A stretch of 64,000 nucleotides of DNA, from positions 105,090,001-105,154,000 of the forward strand of contig OX597820.1 in assembly GCA_951406725.2 (NCBI GenBank), written 5' to 3'. Positions 1-13,052 of the stretch are shown here, in pieces. The stretch's first letter is position 1. Every line of letters starts with the position of its first letter. The notes beneath the pieces were generated by a model, which was not told the origin of the DNA, searched no databases, and saw only the letters and a list, made by a program, of their open reading frames with translations. This DNA is from Octopus vulgaris. Taxonomy: Eukaryota. The translations under genes were made by a program, and so were the position numbers.

Positions 1-709
1 TGCAGATAAAGTACTGAACATAGCCCTGATTCTACCAAGCTGAAAAACACAATGATAGAGACAGAGAGCAACCAAGTTAGTGATGTAGTGTTTAACTGAC
101 AGGAAACTGGTATGATGTGAGATTGATCTACCAAAAGTACATAGCAGACATCTACATCGGAGAGAGAGAATTATTGATAAATCATAAAACAAAGAATAAA
201 AGTGAGCAACCAATCAGGGAAAAAAAAACTGAGACCCACCATGTGTCTCATAAATCTCTCAGGTTTTCCTTGCATTCAGATGGAAGTATGAATGTACATT
301 AATATCAGCACCAGTAATACTAATCAAATACATGTTCAGTGATCCATGTACAAGGCTTTCATTTTCTTCAAGCCAAAGAAAATGTGAGATAAATTAACCA
401 GTTTCCTCTATTCACACACACACACACACGCATACTCATATGCCAACAAAACAGCAACATTTACACATTGAATCAAATGTACCTGGAAAGATAAAGAAAA
501 GTGGCTGAGAGATAATTTTTTAAAGAATTAAAAAAATCTCGATAAAATAAGAGCAGTGTTGATGGAAGAAAGAAAGGTGTGAAAGAAAAACTACATACGA
601 ATTGTAGTCATGAAGTCAAGAGAGCACATAAAATGGAGAGCAGAATAATTAATGGCTATCTACCCATCATAACCAGATGAAAAGTTAACTGAACTTCCTT
701 ATAAACAAT

Positions 710-747
<38 letters not shown>

Positions 748-1717
748 GCATGGCTTATAGGTGCAAGCATTTTACGTTTGAGGCTCCGATGAGGTGTTAC
801 TCAGGCACTAAACTAAGAGCTCAACTGCATCTTAGAGTGAAACAGCTGTTCACAAGATAATCCTTCGTTGCTTTGTCATCTGTTTTCGTATTACTGTTGC
901 TCCATGCTCAACTAAAGCTTCATCCAGAAGCATACATATATCAAGTTCTACACCGGATTATAAGCACCACAATGCCTAAGCGAAATATGTATATAGTCTT
1001 TATAACTGATATAACTGAATAGAGTTGTATGTGTGAGTAACTCACAGCAGCAAGGAAAACTGGATGGATGTGATGGATGTATAATGATGAAACTAAGTAC
1101 ACACATACACACATATATATATATATATATATATTGTCTTCATAATTGAATGGGGCCTCTATGCTTGCACATTTGTATACATTTGCATGTGAATATGTAC
1201 ATAGTTGAACATGTACGTTTGAACTGCATCAGATATATCTCGGCTTTCTAATTAAATTAGTAGCATTTCTCCCACTCTCTCTCTCTCTCTCTCACTCTTC
1301 TTTGCCTCTCCATCACTTCCTCTGTCACTCACTCTTTCTCTTGTCGAACTACATTTCTCTCATCTCTTCTCTCTCTCTTTCCCCTATCTCTCTCTCTCTC
1401 TCTACTGAGCTTCACTGTTGCCTTTTCAGTCATTACATGTCACCCATCTCTTCCCCACTCTCTCCATTAATACTTACATTCCCTCTCCATCCACCTCTTA
1501 CTCTCAGCATTCCCTCATACAAGCATTATGTAGATATTTTAGTCTCAGATTTCAGGAAGTCAGAACTTGTTTTAGCAATAGGATGATTGAGTAGAAGAAA
1601 AAAAGGAAGAAAAAAGAGAATGTAAAATTGAGAGAGAGAGAGAGAGAGAGAATGACAAAACAACTATAAAACAAACACAAATAAATCAATATAATAGTAA
1701 TTTATGTTTGTTGATGT

Positions 1718-1920
1718 TGTTTTTAGTCCCAAGTCATCCCTCACACAGAAGACTTATGATCAAAGCCATTCCAGCCATAACTATTCTGCCTTTTTAGAAA
1801 TATCCATGACTATGCATTATCCGATGTACCTTTCTTTGTTTACAGTTGAAGTCTGATTTGAAGGATACTTGGCTGTTATTTCTGACTGGTCAAGAGACCA
1901 TATAGAGAAGCCTTTGTTGA
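1718..1920. repeat. Unclassified dispersed repeat
   Basis: Motifs 'atgatcaaagccattccagcc' and 'gatttgaaggatacttggctgttatttct' recur in diverged form at ~2560-2740, ~4595-4740, ~14630-14850 (reverse), ~14960-15085 and ~39400-39620. Confidence 0.6.
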
Positions 1921-1998
1921 AATGATTTTAAAATTTTGATTAGGCACCGGATGTCAGTGTGTTACTGAAGCAAATTTGAAAGCCAGTGATGCACACAT

Positions 1999-2407
1999 AT
2001 GGCTGTGTGGTTAAGAAGCTTGCTTTCCAACCATACAGTCTCAGATTCAGACCCAATTGGTGGTAACCTTGGGCAAGTGTCATCTACTATGGTCCCAAGC
2101 CAACCAAAGCCTTGTGAGTAGATTTGGTTAATGAAAACTGAAAGAAGCCTATTGTGTATGTGGGCATGTAAGTGTGTACCCTTGTCTAGACATGTGATGG
2201 TTATAAATGAACATCAGCATCAAATATAAGCAATATTATTTGCTTCCAGTCTTTCAGGTAAAACATGTCAATGGAGAAAAATTACCTTACTTAGAAATAG
2301 GTGAAGGATGATGTCATGAAGGACATCCAACCATAGAAAATTTGTTTTAACAAATTCTATCTGACCCATGCAAGCATGGAAAAGTAGATGATAATGATTG
2401 ATGATGA
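1999..2407 (+). mobile_element. tRNA-derived SINE family A with RTE-type tail
   Basis: Head 'tggctgtgtggttaagaagcttgctttccaacca', body 'ggcaagtgtc..ccaaagccttgtgagt..aaactgaaagaagcc', tail 'cccatgcaagcatggaaaagt..(gat)n'; many copies in the window. Confidence 0.85.
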
Positions 2408-3758
2408 GGTACTAACAATTAAAAATCCTCTCATTGATAACTAACGCAAAGTCACACACAACTGGATCCATGCTCAAATTCCTCAATAAATTCCCAGCTG
2501 TCTATAAGATAGACATCTCATTATCTTAAGTCCAAATTTTCTGGGTAGCAAATCCCTGCATTTGTTTAGCCCCAGTTCCTACCTGATCAAGCAGATCAAA
2601 ATGTTATAACCATAAACACTATTGTTTTCTTTTTTCCAATGTGGAGCTTCTTTTCAGAGATGAATGGCAGTGATGTGAGGTAAATTTGGCTGCTATTTCT
2701 GTTTGATCAAATGACTATATAAGGTTTACCTTGTTGTTGGCTTATACTCTGCAGCAAAGAGGAAATGGGCGCAGATAAGAATGCTGGGTAAAATATTGTT
2801 TGTTTAGCTGTTTGCACACCCGCAATAAAGGCAAAAAAGAACAACAATAATAAAGCCCCCAGTAATTTTCACCATTATTTTACCCGATTAATTGATCAAT
2901 GTAGTAATGACGCTTTTCTTACTTCATCCCAATTTCTATTAGTTTTGTTTTTTGCTTTTATTTTTAAGGAAAGCAAATATAATCAATTGAATCAACCAAT
3001 GTATATTATTGGTCCTTATATTACTGACCTTGAAATGAGAAGAATAAAAATCGAAGACAGTGCTTACCACCACCACCACCACCACCTAAAGTATTGGAGG
3101 GGGGCGGTGAGATATGCAAAGCATTGATTTGGACTAGATATCACACAAAAACCTTCATACAGCATTATCATTTCGACCATTCTTTATAACATTCATATAA
3201 GTAAAGCAATCAATGAATATAACAACAACGAAGAGGAAATCAATATGAGGAAATCCATTTTTATAATAATATATCAAGCATCACTATCATCATCATCATC
3301 ATATTTATACTCTTTTCTCTTTTACGCTTCAGTCATTGGACATTGGCCATACTGGGGCACCACCCAAAAGGACTGTGCCGAAAAAAATGGACCCCAATAC
3401 TTATTCTTTTTAAAACTGATACATAATTTATCAGTTTTCTTTTGCTGAACCACTAAGTTTCTGGAGTATAAACAAACTAACACCAGTCTAAACAAACGCC
3501 TGCATCTGCATAATTTTCATATAAAGTTGCTTATTTTATCTTTGTTTTGTAATTTTACTTTGCATGTGGTTTTTCTTTTCTTTTTGTTTTCTTACATTAA
3601 GTTGATGCTGTTGTAAACCCAACAAAGGAATTTGTTCTTTTGTAATCCTTAGAGATATACACACCATTCTGATGGACAGGTTTCTGAATTCAGAGAGAAA
3701 AAAAGAGGGATGAGTGCATGCATGTGTGTGTATATATGTATACACATACACACACATA

Positions 3759-3814
3759 TGAACAGTGAACTAGTTAGGCAACCTAAATAGGTTACACAAC
3801 TAGTTCACTTCTCG
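3759..3814. mobile_element. 56-bp palindromic micro-MITE, TA-flanked
   Basis: agtgaactagtt (3764-3775) and aactagttcact (3798-3809) form a perfect IR; symmetric TA at 3757-3758 and 3815-3816; right end reads TACGAG on the minus strand, like mariner-type termini. Confidence 0.55.
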
Positions 3815-3819
3815 TATAT

Positions 3820-4030
3820 CATCATCACCATCATCATCATTTAGCATTCATCTTTCATGCTAGCATGGATTGGATAGTTTGAGAGGTTCAAATGAGCTGG
3901 AGGACTGCACTAAGGTCCAAAGTCTCTTTTAGCATGGTCTCTATAGCTGGATGCACTTCCTAACACCAACTACTTTACAGAGTGTACTAGGTGCTCTTTT
4001 TTATGACACCAGTGCCAGTGTAGTTATCAA
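3820..4030 (-). mobile_element. RTE-type LINE 3' end fragment
   Basis: (cat)n tail then 'ttcatgctagcatgg..gctggatgcacttcctaacaccaac', similar to 58085-58270. Confidence 0.7.
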
Positions 4031-4094
4031 GTAACTCCAAAGAGACAAAGAAAAGCCCCTCGACAGGGTGGGGTTGTAGAAAAGAGATAGTATT

Positions 4095-4585
4095 ATTACA
4101 TGGAAAAATGCGAGCATGAAAGTAATATTCTTAAGATTATAAACCTGAAAAAGCACAGGACAAACTATTACTTCAAGTAATGTAAAAAATAAGAAACTTT
4201 TTACTTAAAATACTGCAGCAAAGAATGCCAGTTCTTCTAATTTATCACTCTTTACAGTTCTCATCTTTTAAATTTATGGTACAAAACTGTTCAGCTAATT
4301 TGTAAGTTTGTCTAATTAGTCACTTTTTTCTTTATTTAAGGTAGTAAATTAGCCAAATTCTACATAAATAAGTATAGTGTTATTTGTAAAATATAATAAA
4401 ATATTTTTTAATATTTAAATTTTAATTTTAGCTGCAATATTTTAAGTAAAAAGTTTCTTATTCTTTACTTTACTTGAAGTGATAGTTTGTCCTATACTTT
4501 TACAGGTGTAATAACTTGTCCTGTACTTTTCCAGGTTTATAATCTTAAGAATATGACTTTTCATGCTTGCATTTTTCCATGAAAT
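4095..4585. mobile_element. Foldback/MITE-like element with ~125-bp inverted arms
   Basis: 4095-4219 is the near reverse complement of 4431-4585 (catggaaaaatgc/gcatttttccatg; ttcttaagattataaacctg/caggtttataatcttaagaa); the right arm has a ~30-bp internal duplication. Confidence 0.8.
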
Positions 4586-5279
4586 CCTTGATTTTTTCCA
4601 GGCATTGCTGTTATAAGATATTAATAATGTATCAATTAATAATTTAGGATTTTACCTTATAAAACAATGGGCAGGGTGATATATTGGCTGCTATTTTTAG
4701 CGTGTTGAGCGAATAGATAGATGCACTTTCATTGGTTTGATTGCGTGAAGAGATATTTTGACACATATATGTATAATACACATATATATCATGGGCAAAA
4801 GTTAGAGAGTAAGTCAAAACCTGAGAGTTTCGTGTATTGGCACTTATCAAACACAAATTTGTCCATTGTCACTCTTAACTTGTGACGAAATAACTTCTAA
4901 AATACAAAATTTTGTCAAAAACGTTAAGAGTAAACCCTGTTGTATGTGATGCATTGTACCAATATCAGAAGTTTCAAAGTGTTTAGTTGAAAAGAATCAA
5001 ATAAATAATCTGTACATCAAATTAAATAGATCCAAAATGGATAAAAACCAAAGTCTTTCTAGTGTTCATAATTTTTCACATCGTCTTGGCTTAACAGCCC
5101 TCACCGTTTGTTTTTACTATCTTGTTCTCACTGTCCTGTTTTTGTTGTCCTTACCTTCGAAATGTGGAGTAGATGATATATATTTTGTATCGTCTTCAAA
5201 ATGTTTTGCGTTCTTGTCCCAGTTTGTATTTTTTATACACACACACATATATACATATATATATGCATATATGTATACA

Positions 5280-5436
5280 TATTGTTTCTCTCCTTGTTTT
5301 TTCTGTGTTCCTTTCTGTAGAAGAGCGTAGGCTCAAAACGTAAAAGACTTTTTCTATTCCTGAGCGCTATACTAATACATCTGTTTGTTTTGTACACCAC
5401 CTGTCTTCGTCATTTGTTTTATCGTAAACTCTCCCT
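5280..5436 (+). repeat. Short microsatellite-flanked repeat carrying a hammerhead-like motif (possibly Penelope-like derived)
   Basis: CTTT-CTGTAGAA-GAGC-GTAG-GCTC-AAAAC-GTA-AAAG at 5311-5346; flanked by (TA/CA)n. Confidence 0.45.
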
Positions 5437-5479
5437 ATATATGTATATATATATATGTATGTATATATATATGTGTGTG

Positions 5480-5510
<31 letters not shown>

Positions 5511-5694
5511 GTATATGTATATATATGTATATATATGTGTATATATATATATATATATGTGTATGTACATATATATTTATGTATGCATATATATATATAT
5601 ATATATATATATGTGTATGTACATATATATTTATGTATGCATATATATATATATATATATATATATGTGTATGTACATATATATTTATGTATGC

Positions 5695-5731
<37 letters not shown>

Positions 5732-5736
5732 TACAT
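5437..5736. repeat. Compound (TA)n/(TG)n microsatellite with ~55-bp higher-order unit x3
   Basis: Unit 'gtgtatgtacatatatatttatgtatgc(at)n' repeated three times at ~5559-5718. Confidence 0.95.
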
Positions 5737-6046
5737 AAAACATGTAATAAAGTTTATTTGTTCAAAGTAGATAATTCACTTCATCACAACTTATAATTTC
5801 TCATAACATGTGATCCCTCAGGGTATTTTTTAAAAAAAGGTAGAATATTTATAAAGATGGTACTAGCATATCTGATGCTTCTTATAGGCAGCCAAAAGAT
5901 TAGCTTTAGTAACCACTGCATTTTTCATATCTGATTTATTTGATTAAAATTTCAGGGCTTCTAAACCATATATACAAGCAGTCACTTTACTATTACGTCT
6001 TCAGACAGCAGGCATCCCTGGGTATTTTTTTTACAGTGCTTTTGTG

Positions 6047-6087
6047 AATACTCACACATACGCACTCATACACACACACACACATGC

Positions 6088-6130
<43 letters not shown>

Positions 6131-6290
6131 AATTCATACACACATAAATGCACAGACACTCATGCACATATTTGCATACACACACATTCATATATATATA
6201 TATATGCATGCACACACACATGTAAGCATATACACACATGCACATACATATATATATATATACTCATACACATATGTATGCACACATATG
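6047..6290. repeat. (CA)n/(TA)n compound microsatellite
   Basis: Directly visible. Confidence 0.9.
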
Positions 6291-6968
6291 CATCTTCTTT
6301 CTCTCTTCTTCCACCACCTCCTTCTCTCAAGGATCACTTCTCTTAGTCACAGTCCTGCACCAGTGCACTTTCTGTGTCCTCCTCCTCCTCCTTTCTCTCA
6401 CTCACTGGAATATATCTCACAATGAATATCAAAACCTCAGATATCAAATAGCAGAAGAGATTTGTAATACACAACTATAAAAAATTAAAATAAAATATTA
6501 AGAAGAATATCAGTAATAATGATAATAATTCACAATGTAATGAAAATGCAAGTTCTTCATATTTTTATTATAGTCCTATTATGACTATTTCTAACATCGG
6601 CACCATCACTACTAGCTATACAAGCATCCCTACTAGCTGGAGCAAAAAGTAAGGCTATCTTCATTTTATATGAAACTGGTTTAGAAACACATAAACCAGT
6701 AGATTTGGTAATCTCTTGGCATAATAGCTGTGGTTTTATTTTGTTTGTCTGCTTTTTGTATGTTTGTTTATTTTCTTCTTTTTTTGTGTGTGTAGATCTG
6801 TCATTTCATGTATTGACTATTATTCATCATATTCAATTCATCAGTTTTTGCCTACAGTGGAGAATAAGTCATATGCTAGTAGAAAGAGGGAGTGCAGGAA
6901 GGAAAAGGGGAATGAAATAAGTGTATGTCTGAGAGGTGGGGACAGGGGACCAAATAAAGTGTATGCGT

Positions 6969-7804
<836 letters not shown>

Positions 7805-8039
7805 GGGAATTTATTAATTATTTCATCCAATTTATCAGTCCAAACTGATAAAAATATGAGTCACAAGCTAAACAGATGAGGCTCAGAAAATAGAAAATGT
7901 ATTTAGTGTCGAAGATGAAACAATGAAATTTAGGTCAAGTCAGCACAATGAATTGGTTTTGCCAATAGTAACCACCAGTTCAAATCTTGCAATAGCCACT
8001 ATTATTATTATTATTGTTATTTTTTTAAACATAGCTGCT

Positions 8040-8640
8040 GATATATTCATATGGTTAAGAAGTTTGCTTTGCAATCACATAGACCTGAGATGAATCCCAT
8101 CACACAGCATTTGGGGCTGGTATCTTTTACTGGAGCCTCAGGTTAAGTATGAAATTTGTAAAAGAATGAAATTTGATACATGTGAATGAAATTTGGTACA
8201 TGGAAACTGTACAGAAACTCGTGTGTGTGTGTGTAGAGAGAGAGAGAAGTACAGGCATAACTGTGATGCTATAAAGTTCACTCCCACACTAGATAGTTCC
8301 CACAAAATGGTGAATTGGACAAATGTCTTTTACTATAGCTCAAGACCAACCAAAACCATACAAATGGATTTGGTAGACAGAAACTGAAAGAAGCCCATCA
8401 TATATATATATATATGTATATGCATTATAAATGTGTGTGTGTGTGTAAGTCCTTGTCTTGACTTCATGTAATAATTGTAAAAGAGTGTCACCATCATAAA
8501 ATTGGTGTATTTTTACCTTACTTGAAAATAGACGATAGCTGGCAGCAGGAAGAGTACCTCGCAATAGAAAGTGTACCTCAAAATATTGTGCTTGACCTTG
8601 CAAGCAAGGAAAAGAGGAATAGAAACAATGGTGATAGTGT
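8040..8640 (+). mobile_element. Two degraded SINE family A copies in tandem
   Basis: 'ggttaagaagtttgct' head, 'ggatttggtagacagaaactgaaagaagccc' body, 'gacccttgcaagcaaggaaaag' tail. Confidence 0.7.
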
Positions 8641-9113
8641 ATAAATCGTTGAATTTATGTCCCTTTACTAAAAAAAAAAAAGACTTAGTAATTCAGTAGA
8701 GGTTAAAAATTTAATTGACATATGAACTGGGAGTCAAGACAAACTAAAATTTTTCAAAGCCGTGCACCTAAAAGACTAGCTGTTTTGGGAGAAGCTTGTT
8801 ATGAATATCATAACTTGGGAGAAGTTATGTGAATTGACAGTTTGCTGTTTAGCTCAGCTAGGTTTAAATCTAAGAGATGGAATTGTGATATCCATGTCTT
8901 TATGAAATAAGTAAAGATGGGTTGGGCTGAAACCAAGTCAAAAACTCAGCTGACCAGAAACTTTACCTTTTATATGAATACAAAATAGATTTGCTACACA
9001 GGAAATTTAAGATATCTCTATAATCAGCAATAGCATTTCATCTGTTATAATTCTTGTTTAGCATTGAGTCAGTTCTGATTGAGCCAATCTAAGAACATAG
9101 GTGCCCAACCACG

Positions 9114-9440
9114 TCATCATTGTTTTAACAACCACTTTTCCAGGCTTGCATGGGTCAAACAGAGTTTATTGAGGCAGATTCTCTGCAGCTGAATGCCCTT
9201 CCTATCACCAACTCTTTCCTGTTTCCAAGCAAGGTAATATTTCCCCATGACCAGATATATTTTCTCAGAATTTTAGAAATTCATGACCCAGCAGCTTGTA
9301 TGTCAGTGAGATTCATTTACAACTACTATGCAATGTCAAGACAAAGAAACACACACACACAAACATACATGCATACATATAAGATGGGCTTCTTTCAGTT
9401 TTTATCTACCATATCCAGTCACAAGGCTCTGGTCAGTCTG
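9114..9440 (-). mobile_element. SINE family A, 5'-truncated
   Basis: Reverse complement of tail ('tttccaagcaaggtaatatttcccc') and body ('gggcttctttcagttt'). Confidence 0.8.
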
Positions 9441-10715
9441 AAGAATGACTGGAATTTGTTTGATCATAAGTCTGCTCTAACACTACTATTCAATTGATTT
9501 GACTAGCTACCTCATGTAGAGTTGACCATAAGTGTACAAGAACAATATTTTATACATAAAATGCTTCTAGTTTAAATCTAGTCATATGCTTTGTACACAT
9601 CCAAAAATAAGACACCAGTTGATGAGTCAGAAACCAAACTAATCAAAATATAGTGTAGATGTAAATACTTTTTTAAAAAATTATATCTGAAGATGTAGTT
9701 CATAATCTGAAAAATTATAATCTTATTAACAACTCATCTTAATTACTTAGACATTTAACAATAAGTTTATTCACATTTCATGATTAAATAGTCATAATTA
9801 ATAAAGTATCAAAACAAAAAAAAAAGAACAATTGTTTTTGAACCAAAGATCTATATAAATCAGCAGCAATATTTCCTGTTTTTGGCCAGAAATAATCAGC
9901 AAACCTTGTTGGGTCATTTTCATGTATTATTTATTTATTTTGGCAACCATTCTTCTTTTTTAAGCCTTTCCATTCAGCACACCTCACACAATGAAACCAT
10001 AATGCAGGAAAGTAATTTAAAAAGATGAGAGTGAAGCCAACATTTGTAATAGTAATTGCGTCTGGTATCTGAATGCTTTTACCAGAAATTCATACACCTG
10101 GCATAATCTAACAGACTTTCTTTCCTGCACATATGCAAATATTTTGAAGAAAATATATTTAGAATCAAAATTACTGTACTTTCGACTATCATACACATCA
10201 TTATTATCATCAATTGAAGTAGAATATTTAAGAAAGATCTCTGCTCTACAAATAAATCAACACTTTGGAAATCTATTAATTCTATTGGCAAGAAATCAAA
10301 GCTATCCATCATCCCTCTCTGAAACCCCAAACCTTAAATTCCACAACTGTTCTAGTCAATCTTCAAAAATCAACATGCCAAGAATTGCATAAGTTTTAAG
10401 GGTAAGCTACTAATTGTAACTATTTCACTATTGATAAAATAAGCCAACTTTCACAGAATTTGAACTCAGAACTACTATCAAGACTGTAACACTAAACTGT
10501 TCTTATTCTAATCATATTCGATTACAATCATTAACTCATTTTAGAGGTGAAACCAGTATGTATTTATGTGTTTTGGAATGATTTGATTGATTAAAATACA
10601 AAAGGAATTGTGTTTTTTATTATGTTTTCTACAGCTCATGATGTATGTGGGGAAATTATAAACTATGTATATGTGTGAGTGTGTGTGTGTATGTACATAT
10701 ATATATATATACATA

Positions 10716-11773
10716 TGTAGCATATCTGATATCCTCACTGTTTGAGAGACACATTAGGAATGATCTCATTTGAGATTACAACCATCTTTGGCTAGTTTGA
10801 ACCTGTTGTGTCCACTGCTCTGATTGGTTGGCATCTGGCGCGGTTTGTCTCCCTACTTATTTCGCGCCAGTGTGTAAGCCAACCAATCACAGCCTTCAGA
10901 TAAGGTCTCCTGACACTGTGTTTCAGATGCCCTATTTTGAGCCATTTTAACCCTTTAAATAGCCCAGCTTTCACTATTCTACGTCTTTCGACTTCAGACC
11001 TTTTAAGGTCTAGTCACTGACAACAGGGCTACTCAGCCATGTTCCAGTTCCAGCAACAGACGACCAGCCTGCCAGCCATGCTCCTGCTTCAGCCACTACG
11101 ACGCTAATGTACACCCGCAACATAGGACGTTCTCCATCTCCGCTGCCGTCATCACCAATGTTGTCCTTCAACTCTATGTCGTCTCCATCTCCGTCAACTT
11201 CAGTAATATGTACACATCAACAATGACCAGGTTTACCTCACGCTGTTTGTGTGAATCTTTCACCGAGAAGAAACAGTCAGTCTATCTGAAAGAACTTACT
11301 ATATCAAGAGACTTGGCACGGCATGATAGCCACAACTTCTACATGGGTAGTAGCTGGCTCTGCCACGTGACCCACAACATCTTGTTATAGAACTCTTACT
11401 ATTGTGTACCTCATGAACTGGTAAACTAACTCCATCTTAACTCAATATGCTGAGACTTATCGTATGCTCTGTATTCTGTATTTCTGTTGTATATGCATAC
11501 ACCCTTGTCTGTACTTTCTGCCGCACGCATTCAGACACAACACTTTGCTAGCAATCACACACTCTCTCTCTCTCTCTCTCTCTCTGTACACATTGTGAAT
11601 AAAGTCTTCTTCTCTCTTAAACAGTAGAACGGTTTGTTGTCATCATTTATAACTTTGGCACTGTATTTTATATCATGCATTTGGCTTCTTATTATGTTAG
11701 GTGCGACCGTGTGGCATACAAAATGAGACATTTGTCACCAACTCCTTACGTTCGGTTGTATATATTTCCTTCA
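10716..11773 (+). mobile_element. Solo-LTR-like element
   Basis: GC-richer non-coding block with TG..CA ends (TGTAG/CTTCA), flanking CATA on both sides, CCAAT boxes at 10821-10889, TTTAAATA at 10954 and AATAAA at 11598. The TSD lies in low-complexity flanks, so the ends are uncertain. Confidence 0.5.
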
Positions 11774-12423
11774 CATACATGTGTGTGTGTACATATGTAC
11801 ACAAGAATGTTTAACAGTTTTAAGCCTATATTTTTCACGTCAGCATTGAGTTGGAAGCTTTTGCAAAGATATTACCATGTTGTTTGTCATATGTTTGGGT
11901 GTTATACTTTTAATATGATAAATCATAGCATGAAATGATGATAGCTGAAACAATGAAACAGTGCTATGAAAATTTATAAATCTATGCATCAAAATATAAA
12001 GAAGGTGTATAAAATGGAGAGTTTCTGTGAATCCTTCTATTAAATGTATTATTGGAATAGCTCATTTACAGCTGGTTCACCTTTCTAGCACCTTAGTGAC
12101 TGCAACCAAGCTTAAACTCCACCTTCAAGGATTTTTATCAGTTATATTGAACCAATCCTTTGTTTTGAGCTTTTGGTATAAAGGGAGATTATTCATAATA
12201 ATACCACAAGGTATATTTTTGCTTTGTCACTACTCAATAATACATGTGCATGCATAAATAATGGGCTTCTGTGTAGTTTCTATCTACTGAATTACACTCA
12301 TACAGCTTCAGTCAATGCAAGATAATCCAAAAAGGATTGATTTTTTTAACCATATAATTGTGAAACAACTGCGTTATTACATAAGCATAACTGTGCCTAT
12401 AAGCATACATACATATATAATTT

Positions 12424-12790
12424 CCATCACCATTTAATGGCTTCTCTTCCATGCTTGCCTGAATCAGATGGAATTTGTTGAGGTAGAGTTCTTATGGATA
12501 GATGCCCTTCCTGTTGCCAACTGTCACCTGTTTCCAAACAAGGTAATATTTCTCCATGACCAGACACGTATTTTTCGTGGATGACAGGAAATACACATAT
12601 ACACAAACATACATATGTACACTCAAGTACAATGAATCTCTTTCAGTTTTTGTCTACCAATGCCTCTCACAAGGTTTTAGTTGGCTTGAAGCATAGTAGA
12701 AGACACTTGCCCAAGGTGCCATGCAATAGGACTGAACCCAAAACCATGTGGTTAGGAAAGGAATTTCTTTTAACACGTATCCATGCCAGT
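12424..12790 (-). mobile_element. SINE family A
   Basis: Reverse-complement head 'agacacttgcccaaggtgccatgcaataggactgaaccc' and RTE-type tail. Confidence 0.8.
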
Positions 12791-13052
12791 ATCTCAGTGA
12801 TGCTTACAGCACCTACATTTCCCCAGTGGTTATCCATTTAAGTACTTACTAGGTTTCAGTTTTGTTTAACTTCAGTGATCAACCAGGAGCTGCTGATTTT
12901 AATATATAACTTTGTATGTGTGTGTGCGTTTGTACACACACACATTTAGACACAGCTCTTGCATTGGGCATTAGACCATTTATTCAGTCAATGTTCTTTG
13001 TTTTTTATGCATTTAATAACGTTTATTTTTAAGTATTTACACACACATATCC

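Noticed and set aside
5367-6480. Many YI/HT/CV-rich ORFs
   Set aside because: Dinucleotide microsatellite translations.
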